Shown piece by piece: positions 41,413-53,871 of a stretch of 64,000 nucleotides of DNA. This DNA is from Trichosphaerium sp. ATCC 40318. Lineage: Eukaryota > Protista > Tubulinea. Below the pieces are notes generated by a model. It was not told the DNA's origin. It worked only from the letters and a program-made list of their open reading frames with translations, and made no database searches. The number at the start of each line of letters is the position of its first letter. Within the stretch, counting starts at the first letter, position 1. The stretch lies in NCBI GenBank assembly GCA_038496445.1, contig JALMLS010000421.1, positions 1 through 64,000 of the forward strand, in the 5' to 3' direction. The position numbers and the translations under genes were made by a program.

Positions 41413-42038
41413 GGTTGCTGTAGAACAGCGAGATTGCTAATCAGGGAGTTGACATTAAAACTTCATCGATAGACTTAAGTTATACCGTGTTACAGGTGAG
41501 TACAGTAACCGACCGGTTTCTTAGGGTTAATGAAAAAGTTGTTTTGGTGTCGCTAACTTTTTTGAAGGGTCATCTCAATTTTCAGCACTGTTCACAATAA
41601 AAGCGTAGCTTCCAACCTACTTCCCACGTGCCAGTATGCCTTCGAGAATATTTGAGTCAGTACAGATACCTATCTTACAAACTGGCAAATCGGTACACTA
41701 TTGGCCTACACCAGTCAATTCCTTTTTTTTGATTTCCAACCACGCAGTGCCGTACAATAGTGGTTCTATTGGAGAGTGCGTCAGAGTAATAGCGAACTAC
41801 AAAATAGCTTTCACCTTTTTGGGCTAATTCCTTAAAATCACTTCGTGCGTATCCAACGCCGCTAAGCCACTTGAATTAAACTAAAAGAGATGTAGGCTAC
41901 CCTGTAACACGTCGCGATAAAAAAACTACCCAAAAGCCTCCAAGAAATTTGAACTTTTTTTGTAGTTTTTGGGCGTTTTTTTTCTGACAACATTTAACAA
42001 AAACTACTGCAAACCACCGCCTTGGGGACTTTAGTATT

Positions 42039-45000
42039 ATGTTGTATCGCTCTATTATTGCTGTGTTACTCTTCACAGGTGAGTTTGAAAGGCAATTAGA
42101 CAAGATAGGCTAACTATGGTAGTTGCACTTGCTGAGTTCGCCACGCCTCTTAAAAATACGTTCTTGAACGCTGGAGAGATAAAAAGCCATGATTACACAC
42201 CTTCAGATCCTATAAAGCATTTCTCGTTCACTTATGGTAGTCCTGAAGGCGTTCCAACGTATTTCTACGCTCGTGAATCAGGTACCGCCTTTAACACTCA
42301 TCTGCTCGTTTATATCTTGCTCTAAACATAAATAGAACCAGAACTGTTTATCGGGGCTTATTCCACAGCGCGAGGTACTTAGAATTGACCGTTTTTTTTG
42401 TTTTTTTGAAAACGAAATTTATTCTTTCCAAAACGGGCCATTTTCTGCTCTATTAACGTACAATATCTTCTGAAAGCGAGGTGCAAACCTAATAAAACTA
42501 CAACTTCTACGAAGAAATTTATTTAAACCGAAGCTCTAGAGCCTGATAGGCTTTCATTTGTACTAACAACTTTTTTATTAGATTTCTACAATGGAACAAG
42601 AACACGAACAAACTTTGCTTACAGCAACTCTACCAATCCTCTATTTGAGTTTGGTAATTTAACCGTGTTGGTAGTACGAGATGATAATATTGGTAATATC
42701 TCTATGCAGTTTACTGGTCCTTCAGATACAGTATGTGCTTTTCAATCGCAGTTTAATTAATATTGTATTTGTTAATTCAATGAAACAGGGCTCTCTCCTC
42801 ACAGGTAAACAACTTGTACCTTACAGTGTGCCTGCATTAGGAGGTATTAAATATACCGCAGCATATGATACTTCAGCAACAACTGATAGAGGTACATAAG
42901 AGAAAGTTAAATGTGAGGGTTTTTGCTAACAGTTGTATTTAAAGACGAAGAATTCTTGGTTGATGTTGAAACTGATAATACCACAGCATTTTACATTGTT
43001 CCAAGAAGGACACTAACTCCAATACCGATACCTTACGTCAGAGGTACAAAAAATTGCACAATATTAACCACGTGCTGTATCAACAGAACTTTGAGAATTA
43101 ATAAGTTTTTTCGTGTGAATAGATATATCAGGTGGCAATTACAGAAAGGGTAATGTTGCCTTCGTCGGTGATAAAGTATACATCAAATTCGTTATAAATG
43201 GAAGTCAGTTACTTGGACAACTAATAAACGTATCAGCGCCTTTACCTGTACGTCAGAAAACGGTTTCTTTACAACAATATAAGTTTTTTGAAGTAATTTG
43301 TAAATCTCATTTATTTCCTGTAGCGCGATCCACCTGAAGGTTTTTTATCTGTTCAAGACGACGTATTTGTAGACTTTGCAATAGCTACTGATGTAACTAC
43401 ACAAAACCTTTTCATTGTGGCAGTAACTGAAAAAGGAAGTGTTTTGTTTCAAAATGAAGCTGATAGTTCAAGTACACCACTAAATGACACTTCAGCAAAC
43501 GCCATCCCAGCTACACCTGCCGTAATCGAAACTGAAATAGCAAGCATAGATTGTGTCATTGCTTATGTAAATGCAAACGATAGTCTTGTTGTTTATGGTT
43601 ACAAGGTACTGTGTAAAAGAAAGCTCCTCAGAAAAAAACCCTTTCACTTTTTATCATTTGTGCTTACAAGCCCACTAGCAACTCAGAAATGAGAGTCTCT
43701 CTCAACCAGTTTATTTTCCTATTCCTCTTGATGTAGATGAAAATGTTACAAAACTATCAATAACGAGAATGGACGTAATAAACTGCGTAGTAACGGTAAA
43801 CATTTAATAATCAGAAAGGATTTTTAGGGTTCTCTCTAACACTTTATTAGATTCTCGCTTTTACTTCAGCTGAAAAAGCATACATTATCTTTATTGATCA
43901 AGCAGCAGGTTTATTTACTTGTCCACCGCCACCACCATCTACTGCATCCCCTACCACAGAACCTCCTACCACAGCGTCTCCTACTGTTTCCCCTACAGAA
44001 GAACCAACAACAACTTCACCTACAGAAGAGCCTACTTCATCTCCAAGTGCACCTATAGCTCCCATTGGTCAAGGGCTCCCAGACGTAAGGATAGGGACTA
44101 CCTGAAAGCACCATTAGCCTAATTTCTACTTAGATTCAACCACGCTTAGATTGCGTTCTATTCATCTCTGAAAATAATTACACTGCAATTCTTGGTTGGG
44201 AGTCAGCTGTACGCAAATCTTCGTGGTTTTACAGTCCACTGTACTCACCTAAATTTAGTCAGGTGCTATGTTGGAGGACTTGAGTGTACCTTCAGGTGTG
44301 AATAACGTTATATCACCTGAAACACAAGTACCAGTACCTACATTCTTTGTAAATGATGCACCTTTTTTTCCTGCAGAAGGGCAATTCCGACTACCTTTTA
44401 ATGGTCAACAAACTACATGGACTCTTGGAGTACGTTAATACACTAAATACATTAAATCAGTTGTTTTCTAAACCTTCGTATTAGCGTGGTGTTGTATCAT
44501 TTGATAGTAGCGCTCTCACACTGTGTCAAACAGGAAGTAAGTACAAAAATTTTCTTCGAAAACAACTCACTAGTGGAGCACTCAAAAACGTCAACTTAGT
44601 TACCCAAGCGTTTTATTCTACATAATTTCGTTATTGTGTGGCTAACCTATGGTGACCACTAGATACAAAATACCTTTGGAGTTTTACTGCTTTTAACTTT
44701 TTTTTTTGAAGTTGTGACTTAACCAATATCCTAGCTGCTGACTTGGCTCTAACAGTCAATGAACCATTTCCTCTACCACAATCTACACTTGACGGTATCA
44801 GCCAGGAAGTAACAAATAGCATTGGTAATAATGTAACTGTTGAAAACGTAACACAAAAAGTATCTTCAACAAAACGTCAAGCATCAACAACTGTTACTGT
44901 CACTGTATCTTCACCAAGTATGTCAAGCTAATACCTACTTAATTATATTCTATACTTACTTATATACCACCAGATAATCAAGCTGCTGTTAGCGTAGGGA

Positions 45001-45329
45001 CGTTTTTAAGTGACGATACAACGGTTTCTGCAACTCTTACTCAGATTAACTCAGCATTTAATATTACTGTTGCAGTACGTAAAAAAATTTCCTTACTTTG
45101 CCTGATGTATAACAAAGCAACCCTTGTGACTTACTTTGTTAACTTAGGACATAACAACACCCCCTCCATCAACGCTAGTGACTGCCACAGACAGGCCTAC
45201 AGCACCATCTAGCGGCGGTATTGAAAGAGTAACAGCTATGTTTTTGGGTAGGTTTTCTCTGGATGCTTAACTGTTTAACTAACTGATTTCTTTCTTGTAA
45301 TTGTATTATGTGCTGTAAGTATTCTATAA
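42039..45329 (+). CDS. Large secreted/cell-surface glycoprotein with Pro/Thr/Ser-rich linkers
   Basis: Signal peptide MLYRSIIAVLLFT, many short exons, N-x-S/T sites, PPPPPSTASPTTEPPT linker, and a probable hydrophobic C-terminus. Confidence 0.7.
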
Positions 45330-45885
45330 TTGATTTCTGAGAAGACTATTCTTCGTTAGAGATATGAACTCACGCACCATCATTTAAATCCTTTGATGGG
45401 TTGTAAATTCAATCAATAAACAAAATTCTTGCACAGGTTTTGTGATTATAATTCACTGTTACGGTCCATCGAGTAGTTGGTGTCCTCGTCGTATACACGT
45501 GGAAGATTGTGTCGGTGCAACTCCAAATGTCAACCTTAGTGAGCACCAATGTAGGCAGTCCTGGCGCATATACAAATAGAAGTAAGGTAGTTTACAAACG
45601 GGTCTTTTTCCTTGAAAGTACATTGTTATGAAGGTAACCTTCCCTGTGCTTTTTATTGTATTTATTAAGATTGACATTACATATGATCACATCACAATCA
45701 ACTCCTGTACAACCAATGCCATTACCAACATAATCACACGATTGGACAGAAAATACTATGAACCTAAGCTTCAAGCGACGATAAGTCTTGAAGTAACTTA
45801 ACTAGGCAGATCAGAGAATTGAGTTTTGTTTTACAATAAATGCTTACGTTGCAATCCTAGAAAAATTACGTAGCGTACGCCTGAC

Positions 45886-46653
45886 ATGATTAGTTACGTA
45901 AAAAAGTGTTACAGCGACTACAGAATAAAGGATTGGCCAATTCTTATCACAGGACAGGACTACGCAGGTAAAACAACAGCAGTGCATCAAATGGTGCGCG
46001 GAGAATACGTTACAGTTCCATCCACGCGTTGGCTACCAAACTATGAAGTAAAACGAAGCTATGCACGTAAGCCATTTCAAGTATACGAGTACGACATTTT
46101 TCTTTTGTTTTTTGCTTCAAAAAACGTGACTAAATTTTTTGGTTGTGAAAGATGGGACAGCTGTGATAGAGACAAATTACAACCTTTGTATAATAGCTAC
46201 TACAACAAATTTAAGGCATTAGTTTATGTTGTTGATAGTACAAACATAGATATTATGGCAGAAGGTAGTTCTTTTAATAGTGTTTTTGGTGACTTGTTTT
46301 TTATTTTTATTGTTTTATCACGTGTTTGACTACCCATTGTTGGTATTAGATGCTCTATATTTTCAAAAACTACTAAGAAATGAGCATTTAAACGATGACA
46401 TACCTATTCTTATCATGGCCAATAAGCAGGTACACATCTATATCTTTGATGATAGGTAGAGTGTTAACCTTGGCTCTAGGACCTACCAACAGCGTTGAGT
46501 CTGAAAGAAATATCTGACAAGTATGGATTGGAATCATTAAAACGGCCTTGGCATATAATTGCTACTTGTGCATTGAGAGAAAATGGATTAGAAGAGTCAC
46601 TAGAATGGTTAGCAGACCAACTTGATATTTGGAAAAATGAGCAAGATGTTTAA
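45886..46653 (+). CDS. Divergent Arf/Arl-family GTPase
   Basis: GQDYAGKTT, LVYVVDS, ILIMANKQDLP, WHIIATCA..GLEESLEWL. Confidence 0.88.
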
Positions 46654-46862
46654 CCACTGTCCAAGTGCTTGTAGATTTCACTTACTTGACAAACACAAAC
46701 TTATGGCATCTTTGTACTGATTGTTAGCTAGTATTTTTTTGACATATGAAAGAACAAACAATGATTTGTGCACATGTTAACATAGATATTGTGAGTTCAT
46801 TTCTAGTCACTATCCCAAATCCATGCAGATACAACTCTGAATATTTTACTGTTTCAGTTTAT

Positions 46863-47070
46863 TTATACAAGCACTTGAACGACCAACATTACAATAGAAA
46901 TCAGTGCAGAAAATGGTACAGCCAAACTACAATTGGAGGTTATTAGTGTGTTATTTGGTGTCCTCGTTGGTGCTAAAGGTGCTAAGGGTACTAATGGTGC
47001 TGGTACGATTTTCGTTGGTGAATCTATCATCGGCGTTGTTGTTGGAGTTGAAGTTGTCATCACGTGAACC
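46863..47070 (-). pseudogene. Orphan 3' exon of a surface protein (T/P stalk + hydrophobic tail)
   Basis: TTSTPTTTP...APTRTPNNT...LISIVMLVVQVLV*; no convincing upstream exons found. Confidence 0.4.
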
Positions 47071-47290
47071 TATGAATATACGTTGGTTGTACTAATGGGC
47101 TCGAAACGTATTTGATTAATATGTAATAGAAGAAAGAATTGCACGTGATCAATCTTTGATTATATTATATCGATGTTCCAACTCCTTACACTCGTTCAGT
47201 GATCTAGTGGCTTTCACTGTATCCCTGTATTAGTGCCAACTCCAAGACCATGATTGACAATTGTATTTAAACTATTGAATCTTCTAATAA

Positions 47291-47890
47291 ATGGCCAGCA
47301 ACAACAAAAAGGTCATTATATTACCACCAGAGCTTGTATACATTATTGTGGAATTTATTGACACATTGGAGCTTATGAGAGTTATGAGAGCGTTAAACAA
47401 CTGTTATTGTGTCATAACTAGTAAAAGCTTGCTGTATCAGGTGCAACGCAATTGGCTAGGGGTTTAATATTACCACACAGCGCTGTTAACTCTATTTTAG
47501 CGTTTTCTAGCTTGTAAAGAAGGCTACAACAAGAAAAGCAGAGCAATACGCGATGGCTCTGAGCGAACCCATTTAAATTGGATGATGCGTTATTTCGTGC
47601 TTGGTTTAGATGCACTCTGCTATTATGTGGTATCAAACTGTTTATTAATAGTCACAAAACTGACCATATTGCTCATCAAATCTTCAGAGCGCTAACAAAG
47701 AGGACCAACGTGGATCACTTTCTTATACGGACATTGTAAGTGCTCAAATAGATGAAGATATAAGCAACAATTGGAGACGTGTATGGTCAATTAGGTTTGA
47801 AAGGAATCAGTTAAAAAGGACTTTTTATATGGATTGTAACACTGATAAAGAGGCACGTGATTTATTGACAGTATTTGCTTTTTCTTTGCT
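47291..47890 (+). pseudogene. F-box gene, probably degenerate
   Basis: MASNNKKVIILPPELVYIIVEFID...; the downstream frame is interrupted. Confidence 0.45.
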
Positions 47891-48488
47891 ACAAATACCC
47901 CTTTTTGGGTGCCTGTGGGTGGTCGAGTTTTGGCCCTTGGCTTGCCAACTACAAAAGTAGTACTCGGTTATGACCATGGTCAATCACCCATCTTTATGTA
48001 TGTAGTACTGTTTAATGTTTAGTAATTCACCTAAAAATGTCATTACATAATTTACTGTCTAATGTATCTTTGGTTGCTTAGAGAAAAGAGTGGGTAGAAC
48101 ATGTTAACATGGCTGTAAAACTGTACAATCAAGCGTTATCTTAGATGAGTAATCACCTGCCATAAAACGTACCTGGTTGACCCACATAACATGTTTATTC
48201 TTGCATATCTTTGCTAATATATTGCACCATCGCTTTATCATCTATGCTCATAACACATACCTAATAAAGTACATCAATAGTGCAAACAAACGGTGGGTTA
48301 TGCACGTGATTTCTTTGTCTCAGAAGCAGGCCACAAACAAATGCCTTTTGCTTTTAATAACATTAGGTACTCAACTTGTTATTTTAAGAGAGTATAGGCA
48401 CCGATAAAATATCTCAAGCATACAATGCCTTGAGTGGCATACGAAACAATGTCAAACCTCAAAGAATCGAACTACTTAACCAAGGATT

Positions 48489-48698
48489 TGACCTGAAAAG
48501 CGCTAGCTTTAAGCCACTTTTAAAAGGCCACCCCATTTGTAGCATGCACGTGACTTTCTGATCTTATGCTCACGTAAAGTACTCCATAAGGATACACTAA
48601 TGGATAGCTTTAAGAGTTGCACAAGGCCTACCTTATGTTCACAACCATCCCGAAAAATCAGGCTTAGCGCTAACTCAAAATAGCGTTATTTCAGGTCA
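48489..48698. mobile_element. MITE-like element, copy 2
   Basis: tgacctgaaa..cgcta ... tagcgttatttcaggtca TIRs; shares the core gcacgtgactttctga with copy 1. Confidence 0.75.
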
Positions 48699-48779
48699 CA
48701 ATGAGGAAATAAAATTGATAAAACTTAATGTAGTTTAGCCTAAACGAACTCCAGTTATCCGCATATCACCAAACCGGCA

Positions 48780-50049
48780 ATGGCGGAGAATATTAAAGTC
48801 GTTGTTAACGGAAATGGAGCAGTTGGTATGAGAAATAGCTTAAAACTTATTATGACAGTCATAATTAGCTTTAACCGTTATACGAAGGTAAAACATGCTT
48901 GCTTATACGCTATGGAAACAATATGTTCCCAGGAGACTTTAGTACGAGCATATTAATTCTATCTTTGCTTATAGAGCGTAGTACCAACAGTTTTCGACAC
49001 AACAAGGTACTGATTGTAGATTAACGCCATTTTATCGCATTTAAAGCGAGGACAAAATCATGTGGAACCAATAAAAAAGTGAATCGAGATTGAAAAAGTC
49101 AACGTTTGACACTCCAGCACATGTTCAACCTCACTTAAACCAACCTTTTGTTTTATATTACTACAATTGTACTTTGTACTACTGTTGTTAATTGCATAAA
49201 CTAGAGTAAATGTAACGTTTGGAGACAGGCAAATAAGCGTAGGTACGAGTGTATTCTTTTTTTCTTATTTTCTTCTTGTGCCTTTGGCAGTTGTATTTAT
49301 TCTCAACCCAGGCTTATGGGATACAGCTGGCCGTATAGATTACGATAGACTAAGACCTTTGAGCTATCCTGTACGCATATTATGGATATTGAGTAGTATT
49401 TAATTGATGTTTAGGGCACAGATGTTTTTTTGATTTGTTTTAGCATTATCTCAAGAAGAAGTTTGGATGATGTTTCCTCGATGGTACTGCTTATGAAATC
49501 AAAGAACACATACGACATCTGGCTTTAAATGTGTTATAAAACTCACCCAGCAGCATGACAACCTTTGCATCTGTCGTAGAATGAATGATAGATAACAAAG
49601 ACACTTTTTGTGAATTTTTTTTACTATGATAGTGATACTGTTTAGTGGAAACCTGAAGTTCAAAAACATTGTCCAAACACACCCATTGTGCTAGTAGGTC
49701 TAAAGTTAGATTTGCGAACACAAAAAAAGGAAGATAGAAGTGTACCATACGAGTGCATTACAAGAGAAGAAGGCCAAGAAATGGCCACAGCAATTGGTGT
49801 AAGATTTTTTACCTTGTACTTTGGTTGTGCTCCTATTTACGATCTATACAGGCACACTCGTATGTGGAATGTAGTTCACTGACTGGAGTGGGTGTAAAAT
49901 CAGGTAGGTGGAAGTTGTACACGGCTCACGTGAGCCGAAAAAGTTCTACAAACTAAATATTTTCATAAGTGTTCGAAGAAGCAATAGCGACAGCTTTGAA
50001 GAATAGGAAGGTTGTAGAAGTAGAGAAACCAGGTTGTATTGTCATGTGA
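48780..50049 (+). CDS. Rho-family (Rac-like) GTPase with CAAX box
   Basis: [60 protein letters not shown]. Confidence 0.93.
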
Positions 50050-50212
50050 CATTCTTGTAGTATAGTTTTTGAGACTACCTTAGTTGTACTACTGTGGGAT
50101 AGTTTGACAACATTTTGGTTCAATAAATCCTCACTTACCACGTGCCTTCTCAATGTTATATTTGGCTGACCAAGCACATCTTGGAATTGATTTTGAATAT
50201 CACCAAAAAGAT

Positions 50213-50273
50213 ATCAATAATCCCATTTTTCAGTTCGTCATTACTCATAACGTAAACAATTTCTATGTCTCAT
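50213..50273. repeat. Dispersed repeat copy 2 (matches 28602-28662)
   Basis: tcagttcgt..ttactcataac.t.aa.aatttc.atg.ctcat shared between the copies. Confidence 0.65.
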
Positions 50274-50317
50274 TTTTTATTGGTGCTTGAATTACTCAGT
50301 GCATTAATTCAGTCTTA

Positions 50318-51328
50318 CATAATGATGGTTCCTTTTTTTTTTGGCTTTTTTTTTTCAACTTTTCTTTTTCCAAAACTTCTCAACTGTATGAAGTGAGGTC
50401 AACACAATGACAAGCTATAGATCCTTGTTGCCATGGTACCATTAGTAGAAGAAAGTATGATAATTGTTCCATTGTAACATAAACAACACCTAGTGCAGTA
50501 GCAACTTGTTGTAATCCATCAAGATTAAAAGTGCTTTGATTAACAAGTACAGTATGCCTTGGTGGAAAACCTAAAAAAACAAGATTTGTTACAAGGTAGA
50601 ATACAATACTAATTAAAAACTTGCTTGCAAGAAGAGTCCAGTCAACATTATGACCATTATGCCTGCTTGTGTATAGGAACTGTAAATTGGAGATTGAGTA
50701 TGTAACAGTTTGAATATCTGCTTTATCCTTTGAAGGTCATTATCTTTATTGTATTTCCAGACACGTGTTCACGTACATCAACAGTAATAAGTTTATAATC
50801 TACAAAAGAAAATTAAAAACACCTCACACGTGATGTTGAATAAAACATAAGGTGAGTCAAAAAAAACCCAGGAGAATTTGAACTGTGTACACATCACGTG
50901 CCACTAAAAAAATTCCACATTTCTTTTCTTGCACTGTTTATAATAGAACGACTATTGAGCCAACGTAGAAGCTTCTTTTTTGATTGTTCTCTATGTGCTA
51001 TGAAGCGTTCGTGAAATGAAATTTTTTCTACAGTTTTATGGACACTCTGAAGCATTTTTTTACGTAACACAAGTGAAGGTTGCGCAGTTATGACTGTTTC
51101 CAAACTCAACAATAGCGATGACACTCTAGATAGCTTAAACTTATCCATAAGGCGATACAGACGCTTATTAGTGTATAAGAAGGATACTGCACTTGCTGTG
51201 GGGAGATTTAAAGCAATATTCAAGCATAAGTCGTCAGGTACTGCTTCAAATTCGCGAACTTACCTCACGGATGGTTATGAAAAGAGAAAAATAGAAAATA
51301 CTGCGTACCAATCTTAATACACCTCCAT
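50318..51328 (-). pseudogene. F-box-like protein gene, probably disrupted
   Basis: FEAVPDDLCLNIALNL...LYTNKRLY; apparent frameshift near 50730 and an in-frame TGA near 50380. Confidence 0.45.
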
Positions 51329-51461
51329 TTGGCGTACCGTGTTGAATCATTACGCCGTTTATACCGTGCACGAAGACTCATACCAAGATACTTCCGCGTG
51401 TCATTCTCAATAGTCAAATCAAGGTCGATGTTAAGGTAACATACGTTTTATTTCCTTTTTT

Positions 51462-53254
51462 TTACAATTTATCAAAGAATGAACGGATGACCTTGCACAC
51501 GTATGTGATATCTTCCTTGTTGAGACCGTGGTGAGCGCCGAGCAAGAAACTAATAATAAGTCAGTACAAACGACATCAAGCACAAAAAAATACAAAAGCT
51601 CTTTTTTTTTTGTTCAGGACTTACCCTTCTTTCATGAGTTTGTCAGCGATTGGGTAATCACCGTAAAATTGTCTGTAAGCAGGATGACGAGTGATATTAC
51701 CAGCGAAGCATACACGAGTTTGGATATCATGCTAGAGAAACAAAGGTAAGCACAATAAATAACGAAAAAAAAATGAACACTTCTTTTGAAAAAAAAAAGG
51801 CGTCGTACATCTTCGAGGTAGTGGAGAAGCTTGGATCTATCAGCATACATAAGAGGCATAGCGAGCCAATCTTGCATGTCTTCAATTGGAAGATCATCAG
51901 GAACGACTAGACCCTTAGGTGCTAAGTCTTGGAGTTGTTGAATATAAGTTTTGACATTTGTTCTTCTTGTCAATTTGAATTGTTCAAGTTTCTTGAATTG
52001 TACAAGACCGAAAGCACAGTTCATCTCACAACTCTTCAAGTTGTAACCCAACTGGGAGTACAAGAATTTGAAATCGTATGGGATACCGTCAACGCTATGT
52101 TGGAATCTGACAGACATATCCTACAACACAAGGTAAGCGACGAGCTCCAAAAGCAACCAAAAAATAGCGTTCTAGAACAAAAACAAAAAAGCAAAAAGCA
52201 GCGTTTACCTCACTGTTATCGCCAGTACGACCCCAATCTCTGATGCATAGAGCCTTTTTCTTGTGTTCCATGGTGTTGAACATGACGATACCTATTGTTT
52301 AGCGTTAGTAGGCGTATTTTAACTTAAAAGTTCAATAATGGCGTACCACCACCGCCACCGCAAGTCATAATGTGGGAAGCGTAGAAACTGCAGATAGCGA
52401 CATCAGTTTCTGGTGTACAAGTGCAAGTATCAGCAGAGTCTTCGAATAACTTGATTTGTTTCAAGTCACCGCCTTCACGGGCCTTATTTACTAATAAACG
52501 CGTTAATTAAGAGCACTTTTAAGCTTGCGTAGACGAAGAAAAATCAAAAAAATCAAAAAAAACCGCAAAGCTTTGCTGAACTCGACGTACTTTTATCGGT
52601 TTCTTCACGAATCTTCTTCCAGTCTGGTTTAGAACCAACCAAATTTGGCAACATAATGACCATTGTTTTATCGGTTACAGCGGCCATAACATCAGCTACT
52701 GTTGGTACAATAGTGCGGAATTGAATGTCCTATGAAGAATTTAATGACTTGGGGCAATGGGGAGAGGAAATCTTTTTGAAAATGGCCAAAAGAGGTTTTC
52801 TTTAGCGACATTGAGCGCTGTAGTTTTGTACGCACCACGAAGACTGGAGTAGCTCCCAATTGCACAATAGGGGCGACAGTAGTTGCGAAAGTACATGCTG
52901 GAGTGACAACTTCATCACCAGGTCCAATACCAAGGGTGGCGAGACCGAGGAGATTTGCGGAAGAGCCAGAATTTACGAAGACACCAAACTTCTTACCGAA
53001 GTGTGCTGACATCTAAAAAGCGCATGGTAAGGTTTAGAAACGTATTATTTTTTTTTTGTTTACGAAAGTTTTGGTTTACGTGATAAAAATGTCGTGTGTC
53101 TTACCTTCTCTTCGAACTCAGCAGTTTTAGGTCCAGGAGCGAGCCAGCCGTCGCGTAGGCATTGCTCTACAGCCTTGATTTCGTCCTCACCGTAGGCTTC
53201 GAACTTGTTTGGTGCGTACCAAATCTTTTTCGTGTGCTTTAATCCTGATGCCAT
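51462..53254 (-). CDS. DegT/DnrJ/EryC1/StrS family PLP enzyme, NDP-4-keto-6-deoxyhexose 3-dehydratase (ColD/E1-like)
   Basis: VNSGSSANLL, PACTFATT, EDSAD, SFYASHIM (His at the Schiff-base Lys position), RDWGR, GYNLK, TRVCFAGNITRHPAY; about seven introns. Confidence 0.9.
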
Positions 53255-53871
53255 GTTGCGTTGTTTGAATAACAAAGGAGCCTTACTTCAGGTTAAGTCG
53301 CGTGAACAGTGAGAGAAACCGGTGACTCACCGTGTTTTTGGCGTGTTTTAACGTAGCCTAGTCACCCTCTCGTAGCTGAGTCACTAATACCTTCGTTGGA
53401 GATTGTGATCTTTAGCCACGTCTTCGGGTGCCAGAAAATAGCGCCAGGCTACATTCACGCAGCGAGATAAAACACTGTACGCCCGATAAACCCATTAGGC
53501 GTGTCAATTCTGTTTTTTGATTTATTGTTTCACTATTTTCGAAACAACACGCCTAGTTAAGAACTATATAGCGCTGTATACACACTCGGTAATATTTGTC
53601 GCCGAAAAGTAAATACAGGACTACGTAATTTACGAAAAGAGTTTTTTTTTTTCACTTTCTTAAATTATCCTTATCTTTACTGCAAGTTCCGTTTTCTGTT
53701 CACAAAAATAAAAACTAAGCGAATACAATAAAATTACAGTTTAATTAGTTGGTAGTAGTACAGGAAATGACACTTCTTTTTTTTTTGTTTTTGTTTTTTT
53801 GGTTACTTTTTTTTTTTGTTGAATTTCCAAGCGGAAGAGGTTTTTAGATTTGACATATTATTTAACTTAGG

